Positions 48,052 through 59,705 of a stretch of 64,000 nucleotides of DNA are shown here, piece by piece. The stretch is from NCBI RefSeq assembly GCF_000143415.4, contig NW_003314342.1, forward strand, positions 99,299 to 163,298, given 5' to 3'. Source of the DNA: Selaginella moellendorffii (taxonomy: Eukaryota > Plantae > Lycopodiophyta). The notes under the pieces were generated by a model. That model did no database searches and had not been told where the DNA came from. It saw only the letters and a program-made list of their open reading frames with translations. How positions within the stretch are numbered: position 1 is the first letter of the stretch; the number at the start of each line of letters is the position of its first letter. The position numbers and the translations under genes are program-made.

Positions 48052-49204
48052 AACCTCTCGTTTCACGGGGTAAGCCCAAGTTAAGAATCAGCATCGTAAT
48101 TGCCTTTGATTTCATCATTTTGCAGTGCCAAGAAAGAATAAAGACACTGATAACGTGTTTTCTGATCGTGATGAGTTCCAGCAATAATAAATAAATTGTC
48201 CAGCTTGATATAAAAAGTCTGAATGTCTCTTGCTCCTCCTCTCTTCTCCAAATCCCTCGACTTCCAATTAATACATCGCTGGATTGATCGATTGCTCGAC
48301 TCGATTGGAGCGTCACAACCAGGCCCAGGCACACCTAGCTCACCAAGCGCTGCCGATGGATTTCGCTGCGTGCAATACAATTGGTACGGGTATGACAACA
48401 GTTGCCATCGATGCCCGTGAGGGTGGCGCGCAGCCGCTGCTGAAGAATCGCCAAAGTTCGCTAGCCTGGTACCTCGAAGAACCACGGGAGCGCATCTCGA
48501 ATCATGAAAAGTTGGGCTGACAGCGTGGATGAGATATATTGAATAAGAGTGAACGAAAACGTTTTGGAGTCCTATGAATCTTCAGTGACCTCTATTCATG
48601 TGTTTGAAATTTTCATGCCCGTGAGACTGTCAATGTGTTTTCTAGAAAGTTGGTTCACATTTAATATCAAAAAAATTTAGAACGGGTCAAATCTATATGT
48701 TTTTCTTAGTCTCGACGTGGAACTTGGAAAAGCAACAAGAAGGAAATAAGACGCAGTAGTGGAGACAAATTTTTCAACAAATCTGATCTCTTTCCCAAGA
48801 CAAAGTCTAGCAATTAGATACACCGACCACGTCCCCTCTCTCGATCGAAAATGAAATGAAACCTTCTAAAGATCGTCAAGATCCAGCTATTTATTTGGAT
48901 ATTTGTCCTTTTCAGTGGCAGCAATGGCGCGTGGTGATGCATGAGTTTCAATAATATATATTATATAAACTGTGCCTTTACTCATCTGGATTCATGTTGT
49001 TCTATGTCCTAGCATTATAGAAATAGAAAAGGAATTGACAAACACGGAACGATTCCTCGACTAACTTTCAAAGGACAAAGTGATGCCGCCCCAAGAGACG
49101 CCACAGCATTGCATGCTGCCTCCAGCTACAAATACGAGCGGCCTCACAGATCAAATTACTTCTCTCGAATATACTCGTTGAACTCTTAGTTTTAGCAGCA
49201 AATC

Positions 49205-49330
49205 ATGAAGAACCAAGGCTTGTTTTCGGTGCTTGCCATGTTTGTGCTGATGCTGGCCATGAGAGTGGACGTGGGAGGAATCGCACCTCGAGGATGGCGC
49301 TAGTATGGCGGCAGCTGCCACCGTAACTAG
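49205..49330 (+). pseudogene. Peptide-family type C pseudogene
   Basis: MKNQGLFSVLAMFVLMLAMRVDVGGIAPRGWR*YGGSCHRN*. Confidence 0.7.
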
Positions 49331-49419
49331 AAAGCTAGCTCCTCTCTGTGATCGTAAGTTTCCTCTCGGCAATTTTGAATGTATAATTCAACTATGAAGA
49401 ACAAGTTGAGGGAACACAC

Positions 49420-50960
49420 GGGCTCGTGGATGCTGATAAACACCTGCCATGCTCGATCTGCGCGCTCGCATCTTCCATAGAGCTGGATGAGAAGATTCTC
49501 CTGGAACTTGATGCTTGGCGCTTATGCCCAGAATGGGTATCTGGAGGAAGCAAAAGAGCTGTTTGACCAGATGCCACAAAGGGATATTGTTGCATGGGTC
49601 ACTGTTATCACGGCTCATGCAAACCATGGAAACTTAGAGGAATGCCAAGCATTGTTTATTCAGGTTTCAAAATGGGATGTAGCTTGCTGGAACTCGCTAC
49701 TTACAGCATATGCCCAAAACGGGCATATGGATCAGGCAAGCCAGATCTTTGATGGAATGTTAGAACACAACATAGTTTCTTGGACTGTTATGGTTAATGG
49801 GTATGCAAGAAAGATCTTGTTAAATATGCGCTAAATTTTTTTATGAGAATCCCCGAAACCAACGAGCTGGGATGGACTGTTCTTGTCACTGCATATGCCA
49901 GCTTGGGCATATTGAAAAATCCAAGGAGGTTTTCAGTAAAATGCCACAGCGCGACTTAATCTCGTGGAACGCAATGCTAGCGGCAACGTCCAGCCTGCAA
50001 GAAGAAAGGTCTCTGTTTGATGGCATGCCACAGAGGAACGTTGCATCGTGGTCGACAATGATCACAGCACTGGCCGAGAGAAACCAGCTTGAAGAAGCTC
50101 GCATTCTCTTCGATCGAGCTCCTTATCGCGACGACGTGGTGTGGACTGCCATGATCGTGGCCTACTCCAACCACGGCCACCTCGAAGAAGCCATGAAGAT
50201 GTTTGCACGGATGCCACAGCGCGATCTCGTCGTTGGACGGCAATGGTGGCGGCAATTGCTTTGCACGGGAGCTTGATCGATGCCAGAGCCTTGTTACAAA
50301 ATGCCACAGCACGATAGCGCCGCGTGGAACACGATGCTGGGAGCTTACATCCAGAGCAATTGCCTCGTCCAAGCGCGGGAGCTCTTCACAGCCATGCCGG
50401 TGAGAGACACAGCGAGCTGGAATGCGATCCTTGCCGCGAGCACTCAAAGGGGGAATCTCTTGCAGGTCGGGAAGATCTTCTCCACATTGCCTGATCGGAG
50501 CATTGTGTCGTGGAACGCGATGATCCATGGCTGCGCACAGAATGGCCATGAGCGAAAAGCTGCTGAGTTTTTTGGTAGCATGGCGATGGAGGGCGCGGCG
50601 AGAAACGAGATAAGTTTCCAGGCGATTCTCCTGACTTGCAATCACGGTGGGAAGCTCCGTGTGGCACTCGACTACTTTCGATCTATGGTGGCCGAGTACA
50701 ACATTTCTCCAAATGTGATTCACTTCCAGGCGATGGCAGATGTGCTGGGACGAGCCGGGCTGGTTGCCGAGGCTGAAGGTCTGCTGCTGGTGATGCCCTT
50801 CCAGCCGCATTTCCTCGCGTGGAAGAGCTTGATCAGCGCTTGCAAAGTTCATGGTAGTGGCAAGAACATCGATGCAGCTCGTGCCGCAGAGAAACTCTTG
50901 GAGATGAAACCAGGGGACTCTAGCGCTCTACGTGCTCATGTCGAATCTGCAAAAGCAGCT
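49420..50960 (+). pseudogene. PPR-B paralog, 5'-truncated and frameshifted
   Basis: ORFs 49487-49834, 49872-50276 and 50280-51035 tile PPR-B; a short 5' piece (~49420-49497) is inverted. Confidence 0.9.
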
Positions 50961-51629
50961 ACGTCACATGAGTCCATTTGGCAGGTTAACATTAAAGAGT
51001 CAACAAGTATAACTTTAACAACAACATATAATTAATAGAATAACATTCTATTATTAACATTCTTTAACTTAAATAAGAAAAACAATTTTAATGAATAAAA
51101 TCTTGATAATTATTGATATCACTTTCATTATTGCTCTAGAATGTCCAAGAGATTGTCAAGAGCCTGCCAGTGAGAAGAGACGATGTAGCATTTACCACTT
51201 TGATTAATGTTGCGGGTGACTGGAAGCGGCCGTACTGAGTCTGTGGTCGAGAAGGAAGACAAGGTATTAGGTTCGTGTTCAGTATATTAGCATGGAATTT
51301 CTATGGAACTTTGAATCAAACTCTTGTAAAGTTTTTGCAAAGCTAGAAGAGGAATTCTAGAGTGACTTTGGAGATAAGGATTTGAATGGTTGGAGAAGCA
51401 TTATAGGAAAAGAAGAATTGGCAAACACGGAACCACTTTTACTGGACTAACTTTCAAATATTCTTTCAGAGATAAGAAATAAGCAAAGCCGTCCCAAGAC
51501 AACTCTCCAGTGTCCATCTAACATTTTGTGCTGCCTCGAGCTATAAATACGAGCCTCTCCTGCCTCACAGATCAAACCATTTCTCTCTAATATACAAGCC
51601 TACTTGATCTTAGTCTGAGCAGCAAAATC

Positions 51630-51827
51630 ATGGAGAACAAGGCTTTCTTGGTGATGTTTTTGGCGCTTGCCATGTTTGTGATGATGCTGGCCATGGGCGT
51701 GGACGTGGGAGGAATCGCAAAGGCTGCTGCCCAGCGCTGCCAGTCGGGGTGGTATTGGTATGACAACAGTTGCCACCGTTGCCAGAGGGGTTGGGTCTGG
51801 CGCAACAATCGCTGCTGGCGCAACTGA
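51630..51827 (+). CDS. Type A secreted peptide precursor, intact copy 4
   Basis: 65 aa, same protein as 27642-27839; TATAAAT at 51542. Confidence 0.85.
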   Translation: MENKAFLVMFLALAMFVMMLAMGVDVGGIAKAAAQRCQSGWYWYDNSCHRCQRGWVWRNNRCWRN

Positions 51828-53045
51828 AACATCCCATTTCACGGGGTAAGCCCATGTTAAGATTCAACATCGTAATTGCCTTTGTTTTCGTCATTCTGCA
51901 GTGCCAAGAAAGAATAAAGACACTGTAACGTGTTTTCTGATCGTGATGAGTCACAGCAATAATAAATAAGTTGTCCAGCTTGATATAAAAAGTCTGAATG
52001 TCTCTTGCTCCTCCTCTCTTCCAATCAATGCATCGCTGGATTGATCGATTGCTCGACTCGATTGGAGCGTCACAACCAGGCCCAGGCACACCTAGCTCAC
52101 CAAGGCGATGGTGCAGCGCTGCCGATGGATTTCGCTGCGTGCAATGCAATTGGTACGGGTATGACAACAGTTGCCATCGATGCCAGCGAGGGTGGCGCTC
52201 GAACGGGAGCCGCTGCTGAAGAATCGCCAAAGTTCGCTAGCCTGGTGCCTCGAAGAACCACGGGAGCGCATCTCAAATCATGAAGAGTTGGGCTAACAGC
52301 GTGGATGAGATATATCGAATAAGAGTGAACGAAAAAGGTTTTGGAGTCCTATGAATCTTCTGTGATCTCTATTCATGTGTTTGAAATTTTCATGCCCGTG
52401 AGACTGTTAATGTGTTTTCTAGAGGTTGGTTCACTTGTAATATCAAAAAAATTTCAAATCTTTGGACTAAAATTTATTAGTATATAATATTAAATAAAAT
52501 AATATATGTTTTTGTCATGAAAAGTTTGCCATCTTAGTCTCGACGTGGAACTTGGAAAAGCAACAAGAAGGAAATAAGAAGCAGTAGTGGAGTCAGAATT
52601 TTCACCGAATCTGATCTCTTTCCCAAGACAAAGTCTAGCAATTACATACACCGACCATGTCCCCTCTCTCGATCGAAAATAAAATGAAAGACTTCTAAAG
52701 ATCGTCAAGATCCAGCTATTTATTTGGATATTTGTCCTTTTCAGTGGCAGTGAAGTCTATAGCAATGGCGCGTGGTGATGCATGAGTTTCAATAATATAT
52801 AATATATAAACTGTGCCTTTACTCATCTGGATTCATGTTGTTCTATGTCCCAGCATTATAGAAAAGAAAAGGAATTGACAAACACGGAACGATTTCCTCG
52901 ACTAACTTTCAAAGGACAAAGTGATGCCCCCCCAAGAGAAGTTACAGCATTGTATGTTGACTCCAGCTATAAATACGAGCGGCCTCACAGATCAAATCAC
53001 TTCTCTCGAATATACTCGTTGAACTCTTAGTTTTTGCAGCAAATC

Positions 53046-53181
53046 ATGGAGAAACAAGGCTTGCTTGGTGTTGTTTTTGGTGCTTGTCATGTTTGTGCTG
53101 ATGCTGGCCATGAGAGTGGACGTGGGAGGAATCGCACCTCGAGGATGGCGCTAGTATGGCGGCAGCTGCCACTGTAACTAG
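53046..53181 (+). pseudogene. Peptide-family type C pseudogene
   Basis: Frameshift near start and TAG at the Trp position. Confidence 0.65.
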
Positions 53182-53424
53182 AAAGCTAGCTCCTCTCTGT
53201 GATCGTAAGTTTCCTCTCGGCAATTTTGAATGTATAATTCAACTATGAAGAACAAGTTGAGGGAACACACTATGACCGCCGTTTCCTTTGTACTGCACAA
53301 ATCCAATTGGCCCATGTACGCTTATTCACCATTGACAAATCAAAGCTCTATCTTGTCAGTCGAGAGAGTTTGCTGTATTCCAGGAAAACGCCAGTAAAAG
53401 CAAAGGAAATGATCGATGCCAAAG

Positions 53425-54000
53425 GTTGCATGTGGTGAGATGGGTAGTAATATCACGTCCACGCCTAACAGTGTTGCTGTTTCCAGGACAAGTTTGGTAC
53501 CTGTGGCCATCAACAATGAGAGTGTGGCAGTTGTAGGCGAGCATCCATTAGGGATTGATTTCATAAAGGTTCAAGCCTATTATTCAAGCTTTCTTACTGA
53601 TGGAGAATGTAGCTCCCACTTTGTAACCTGAAATCCAGTTTTGCATCCTCCACTTGCCTTTGAAGATAAAGAATCCAGGTAGCAGCATTCACTGCCACAA
53701 GAACAGTCATGTGCCCATGTTGTTTGGGAGCGCCTCGGGTGTCCAAAACTTTGACACCTCTAGAACAATTAGCTCAGACACTAGTTTTGTCAACATTCCA
53801 GATGTGATTTGGCTCGTAACTGCTTGCAGCATAAGATGCATCAAGATTCTCATACAATCGTGATGCAACTTCTTTGCTTAGGAACTTTGCATGTTGGAGC
53901 TCCAAGGCCTTTGCAAGCTTGCTACTGATCTCTGGGTGCCATTTCATGAAGCTACTGCTCCACTTTTGGCTCGGTTCTCTGTCTGTCCAGCTTAGTGCTA
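53425..54000 (-). pseudogene. Second fragment of the pogo-like transposase
   Basis: Reverse complement of ~25560-26050 (PNHIWNVDKTS, LIVDGH). Confidence 0.75.
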
Positions 54001-55516
54001 TAGAGGCCTGGAAACAACAGGAAGAGAAGTAAGCTGGTTCTCTTTCTTTTTATCTTTTACCTTTGCAGGTCTGGGACTTTGGCTTTCACTGACAAGAGCT
54101 GCCTGACAATTTTTCTGCACAACAGGCTAAAAGTGGTTTAATTAGTGTACCTCTGGATGCAAGCCAAGGAAGTATTGTGAGATTTTCTTCGTGTAATGTT
54201 GTTCTGGCTGAGATTTGCAGTTGATGTAACAGTAAAATCTTGTGATCGGATATCTTGTGATCTAGAAAACATAAAAGAAAGAAATGCATTCTTTGTTACA
54301 AGAATGTTCTTACCTCAAGATTCTATGCACTTTCCTAGTCCTAGTATATTTTAGGTCTAACAAAAGTGATAATGATTATGCAAACTTTTGGAAGGATAAA
54401 TTTAAATAGTATACCAAGATGCATTTTTTTATTATATTTAAAAGAAAACCTCTTGAACACAGAGGTTTCCTCAACTGAACACAATGCTAGAGTGCATCAC
54501 TTTATCCTTTGAAAGTTAGTCAAGGAAATCGTAGCAACACACTAAATCAAAGTACAGACAACATTTTTTGTTTTTTCACAATATTATATTATTGTTTAAT
54601 TCATGCATCACCATGCGCCATTGCTATTGGCTTCACTGCCACCAAAAAGAAAAAAAATCCGTGTTTTATATACATGGTGTATGTACTTGCTAGACTTTGT
54701 CTTGGGAAAGAGATCAGATTGTTGAAAATTTTGTCTCCACTTGTCATATTTCCATCTTGTTGCTTTTCCAAGTTCACTTTCATTGACAAGAATATATATT
54801 AGTTTATTTAAAGCTGAACGCTTTACACCCTTGGATAGATTGACTCATAGTTGGCTTTCTTTCTTTTTTATTTTTCATGTTCTAAATTTTCTTGTCATTC
54901 TGGTTATTGCGAATGTTCAACAACTTTCCAGAAAACACATTGAGAGAATTCCAAACACGTATATAGAGATCGACTCCAAAATATTTTCATATTCTATGTA
55001 TCTCATCCACGCTGTCAACCCAGCAAGCTTTGGCGATTCTTCAGCGGAGGCAGCGGCTGCTATTCCCCTTGCTGGCATCGATGGCCTCTGTTGTCATACC
55101 CGTACCAATTGCAGTGCATGCAGCGAAATCCATTCCAGTACCATCCTCTGCGGCAGCGCTGCACCATCCCCCCGACCTCCACTCCCACTGCTAGGTGTGC
55201 CTGGGCCTGGTTGTGATGATCCAATTGAGTCTTGTTGCTTGCCGATCATTGGAGCAATCGATCAATCTAGCGATGGATTGATTGAAAGTCGAGGGATTTG
55301 GAGAAGAGAGGAGAAGGAGCAAGAAAGATTCAGACATTTTATATCAAGGCCTGGACAATTTATATATTATTGCTAGAACTCATCCAGCATCGCACGATAC
55401 AGAAAGCACGTTATCAGTGTCTTTATTCTTGTTTCCAGACCCTTGGCACTGCAGAATGATGAAATCAATTACGATGCTGATCCTTAACTTGGGCTTACCC
55501 CGTGAAACGAGAGGTT

Positions 55517-55714
55517 TCAGTTGCGCCAGCAGCGATTGTTGCGCCAGCTCCAACCCCTCTGGCAACGGTGGCAACCGTTGTCATACCAATACCACCCCGA
55601 CTGGCAGCGCTGGGCAGCAGCCTTTGCGAGTCCTCCCACGTCCACGCCCATGGCCAGCATCATCACAAACATGGCGAGCGCCAAAAACAACACGAATAAA
55701 GCCTTGTTCTCCAT
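55517..55714 (-). CDS. Type A secreted peptide precursor, intact copy 5
   Basis: MENKALFVLFLALAMFVMMLAMGVDVGGLAKAAAQRCQSGWYWYDNGCHRCQRGWSWRNNRCWRN; TATA at ~55766-55772 (minus). Confidence 0.85.
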   Translation of the reverse strand: MENKALFVLFLALAMFVMMLAMGVDVGGLAKAAAQRCQSGWYWYDNGCHRCQRGWSWRNNRCWRN

Positions 55715-56389
55715 GATTTGCTGACAAACTAAGAGAAGAGAGAAGTAGTTTGATCTGGGGCTCATATTTATAGTTCGAGGCAGCTACAAAGTTGTCTTGG
55801 GACTCTGTAGTCAAGTTCCGTGTTCGGGAATTTCTTCTTTTTTCCAGCATTATAGAAAGAAGAAGAAATTCCCAAACACGGAACTCAAAGAGATAAGGAC
55901 TACGTCCTGCCTCATAGATTAAACCATAACAAGCTTACTAGCAGCAAAAAGGTTGCTCGTCACGTTTGTAATGCGCATGGGCGTGCACGTGGGAGGAATC
56001 GCACCTCGAGGATGGTGCTGGTATGGATCGTAAGTTTCCTCGCAGGGATTATTTAGCAATTTATAATCAAACCGTGATGACTATGAAGAACAAGTTGAGG
56101 GAACACACTGTGACCATCGTTTCCTTTTTACAGCAAAAATCTAATTGCCCCATATGAAATCCCGCCTTTGGAAACACTTATTCGCCATTGACAAATCAAC
56201 GCTCTATTTTGTGTCGAGAGAGTTAACTGTATTCCAGGAAAACGCCGGAAAAAGCAAAGGAAATGATCGATGAGAACGCAGATGTTAGAGGTAGAGATGA
56301 TGTGGCATGTAATTATGCACATTTACCATCCATATACAGTTGAAATACATAGAAAGTTCTTCCTCCTCCTGCGTGTCTCTTCGCTGCTA

Positions 56390-58012
56390 ACAATTGAAGC
56401 CTCTAGAACAGGCCGTGGACGATCTAGAGCCCGCGTGCATTGTCGTTCGACGACGACTACGCGCAACTCCTCACAGCTTGCATCCAGAAAAGAGATTTGC
56501 GTCAAGGCATCCTTCACCACCAATCCAGCAGGTACCTCGCAAATCTTCTCATCCAGCACTAAGGAAGGTGCGAGCGCGCGGATCGAGCATGGCAGGTGTT
56601 TATCAGCCATCCATGAGCCCAACAGATTCTCCTGGAACTTGATGCTTGGCGCTTATGCCCAAAATGCGGATCTTGAGGAAGCAAAAGAGCTGTTTGCCAC
56701 AAAGAGATATTGTTGCATGGGTCTCTATTCTCACGGCTCATGAAAACCGTGGAAACTTGGAGGAGTGCCAAGCATTTTTTTATCATGTTCCAAAATGGGA
56801 TGTAGTTTGCTGGAACTCGCTACTTACAGTATATGCCCATGGATCAAGCACGCCAGATCTTTGATGAAATGCTAGAACACAACACAGTTTCTTGGACTGT
56901 TATGGTTACTGGGTATGCAAGAAAAGGCTTTGTTAACGACGCGCTAAATGTGTTCATGAAAATCCCCGAAACCAACGAGCTCGGATGGACTGTTCTTGTC
57001 ACTGCATATGCCCAGCTTGGGCATATTGAAAACTCCAAGGAGCTTTTCAGTAAAATGCCACACCGCGACTTAATCTCGTGGAACGCAATGCTAGTGGCAA
57101 CGTCCAGCCTGCAAGAAGAGGTCTCTGTTTGATGCCATGCCACAGAGGAACGTTGCATCGTGGTCGACAATGGTCACAGCACTGGCCGAGAGAAACCAGC
57201 TCGAAGAAGCTCGCATTCTCTTCGATCGAGCTCCTTGTCACGACGACGTGGTGTGGACTGCCATGATCGTGGCCTACTCCAACCACGGCCACCTCGAAGA
57301 AGCCATGAAGATGTTTGCACGGATGCCACAGCGCGATCTCGTCGCTTGGACGGCAATGGTGGCGGCAATTGCTTTGCACGGGAGCTTGATCGATGCCAGA
57401 GCCTTGTTCGACCAAATGCCACAGCACGATAGCGTCGCGTGGAACACGATGCTGGGAGCTTACATCCAGAGCAATTGTCTCGTCCAAGCGCGGGAGCTCT
57501 TTGCGGCCATGCCAGTGAGAGACACAGCGAACTGGAACACGATCCTTGCCGCGAGCGCTGAAAGGGGGAATGTCTTGCAGGCTGGGAAGATCTTCTCCAC
57601 ATTGCCTGAACGGAGCATTGTGTTGTGGAACGCGATGGTTTTTGGCAGCATGGCGATGGAGGGCGAGGCGAGAAACGAGATAAGTTTCCAGGGAAATCTC
57701 CTGACTTGCAACCACGGTGGCACTCGACTACTTTAGAGCTATGGTATTTCTCCAAATGTGATTCACTTCCAGGCGATGGCAGATGTGCTGGGACGAGCCG
57801 GGCTGGTTGCCAAGGCCGAAGGTCTGCTGCTGGTGATGCCCTTCCAGCCGCATTTCCTCGCGTGGAAGAGCTTGATCAGCGCTTGCAAAGTTCATGGTAG
57901 CGGCAAGAACATCGATGTTGCAGCTCATGCCGCAGAGAAACTCTTGGAAATGAAACCAGGGGACTCTGGCGCTCTACGTGCTCATGTTGAATCTGCAAAA
58001 GCAGTCACATGA
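56390..58012 (+). pseudogene. PPR-B paralog with multiple frameshifts and deletions
   Basis: Fragments 56646-56864, 56833-57132, 57137-57736 and 57758-58012 tile PPR-B. Confidence 0.9.
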
Positions 58013-58603
58013 CTCCATTTGGCCGGTTAACATTAAAGAGTCAACAAGTATAACTTTAACAACATCTAATTAATAGAATAACATTAAGAAAAACAATTTT
58101 AATGAATAAAATCTTGATAATTATTGATATCACTTTCATTAATCGTTGCAGATTGTTCTGGAATGCCCAAGAGATTGTCAAGAGCCTGCCAGTGAGAAGA
58201 GACGATGTAGCATTTACCACTTTGATTAATGTTGCGGGTGACTGGAAGCGGCCGTACTGAGTCTGTGGTCGAGACGGAAGTTCTATGGAATTTCGAATCA
58301 AACTCTTGTAAAGTTTTGGCAAAGCTAAAAGAATGCTAGAGTGACTTTGGAGATAAGGATTTGAAGGGTTGGAGAAGCATTATAGGAAAAAGAAGAATTG
58401 GCAAACACGGAACCACTTTTACTGGACTAACTTTCAAATATTCTTTCAGAGATAAGAAATAAGCGAAGCCATCCCAAGACAACTCTCCAGCCTCCATCTA
58501 ACATTTTGTGCTGCCTCGAGCTATAAATACGAGCCTGGCTCACAGATCAAACCATTTCTCTCTAATATACAAGCCCGCTTGATCTTAGTCTGAGCAGCAA
58601 ATC

Positions 58604-58801
58604 ATGGAGAACAAGGCTTTCTTGGTGATGTTTTTGGCACTTGCCATGTTTGTGATGATGCTGGCCATGGGCGTGGACGTGGGAGGAATCGCAAAGGCTG
58701 CTTCCCAGCGCTGCCAGTCGGGGTGGTATTGGTATGACAACAGTTGCCACCGTTGCCAGAGGGGTTGGGTCTGGCACAACAATCGCTGTTGGCGCAACTG
58801 A
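58604..58801 (+). CDS. Type A secreted peptide precursor, intact copy 6
   Basis: 65 aa ending KAASQRCQSGWYWYDNSCHRCQRGWVWHNNRCWRN; TATAAAT at 58522. Confidence 0.85.
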   Translation: MENKAFLVMFLALAMFVMMLAMGVDVGGIAKAASQRCQSGWYWYDNSCHRCQRGWVWHNNRCWRN

Positions 58802-59260
58802 AACCTCCCGTTTCAAGGGGTAAACCCAGCTTAAGAATCAGCATCGTTCCTCTGAATTCATCATTCTGCAGTGCCATGGTCTGGAAAGAAGAATAAAAGA
58901 ACAGTGACAACATTTTTTCTGTATGGCATTGCGTGAGGTCCAACAATAATATATAAACTGTCCAGGCCTTGATAAAAAATGTCTGTTCTCTCTATTTCTC
59001 ATCTGGATTCACAGCTTCATTTCAAGAGTTTACTTCATTTGGACTCCAGGCTTGCCGACTGAGTTTTTCTTGCATGGCAGTTTTACTTCCTTCTTCGTGT
59101 TGCAAACTTCGTCTATGCCCCAGCGGCCCCAGCATTATAGAAAAGAGAAGGAATTGACAAACAGAACAACTAACTTTCAAATATTCTAGATGCCTTCCCA
59201 AGAGCATTCTAGCGTCTTGAGCTATAAATATTATGGGCATCCTCTCTCCAGTATACTAGC

Positions 59261-59455
59261 ATGAAGAACATGGGGCCGTGGTTTGTTGTGATGATGCTGG
59301 CCATGGGAGTGGATGTGGGAGAAATCGCAACGGTATGGCCGATGCCCTCGATGATGGGGGTGATATGTCATAACCAGAGAGCTATAAGCTCCTCTGTGTG
59401 GTGGTTTCGGAGATCTTTTGCAAATTTTTGGCTACAACTCACAGTGTGTTCTTGA
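59261..59455 (+). pseudogene. Peptide-family type B copy (open 64-aa ORF but Cys repeat eroded)
   Basis: Shares the MMLAMGVDVGEIA signal/spacer; TATAAAT at 59224. Confidence 0.5.
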
Positions 59456-59609
59456 GTTGCATGGCCGAAATGAAAGATTAATGAATAAGAACGATTCAGG
59501 GAGTGTATTCTAAATATGAAGAAGAGTTTAGAAAAACATTGAGTAGTGTGGATAAGTACTAACCCAAACAATTCCATTCAAATCGGTGAAATGACCACCT
59601 TTTTACAGA

Positions 59610-59705
59610 GGCAAATGGCCAGACTCAAAATATATAGATGATGCAAGAAGGATTTTAGAGGAGATCAACTTCAAGGATTTGGTGTTGTGAGTGAATGATT
59701 GTGGG
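59610..59705 (+). pseudogene. Internal fragment of PPR-A
   Basis: GATGATGCAAGAAGGATTTTAGAGGAGATCAACTTCAAGGAT matches ~18644-18685. Confidence 0.7.

Larger units (their letters stand above)
53990..59576. repeat. Right arm of the ~5.6-kb inverted duplication (partner 26826-32390)
   Basis: Mirror of the left arm, as described there. Confidence 0.85.

Noticed and set aside
49205-49330. TAG at a Trp codon in type C copies rescued by RNA editing or read-through
   Set aside because: Other type C relics keep TGG and the other TAG copies also carry frameshifts; a shared inherited mutation is simpler
54443-54490. Helitron 3' end (hairpin plus CTAG)
   Set aside because: The CTAG lies in sequence homologous to the ordinary peptide promoter, and no matching 5' TC end or Rep/helicase was seen
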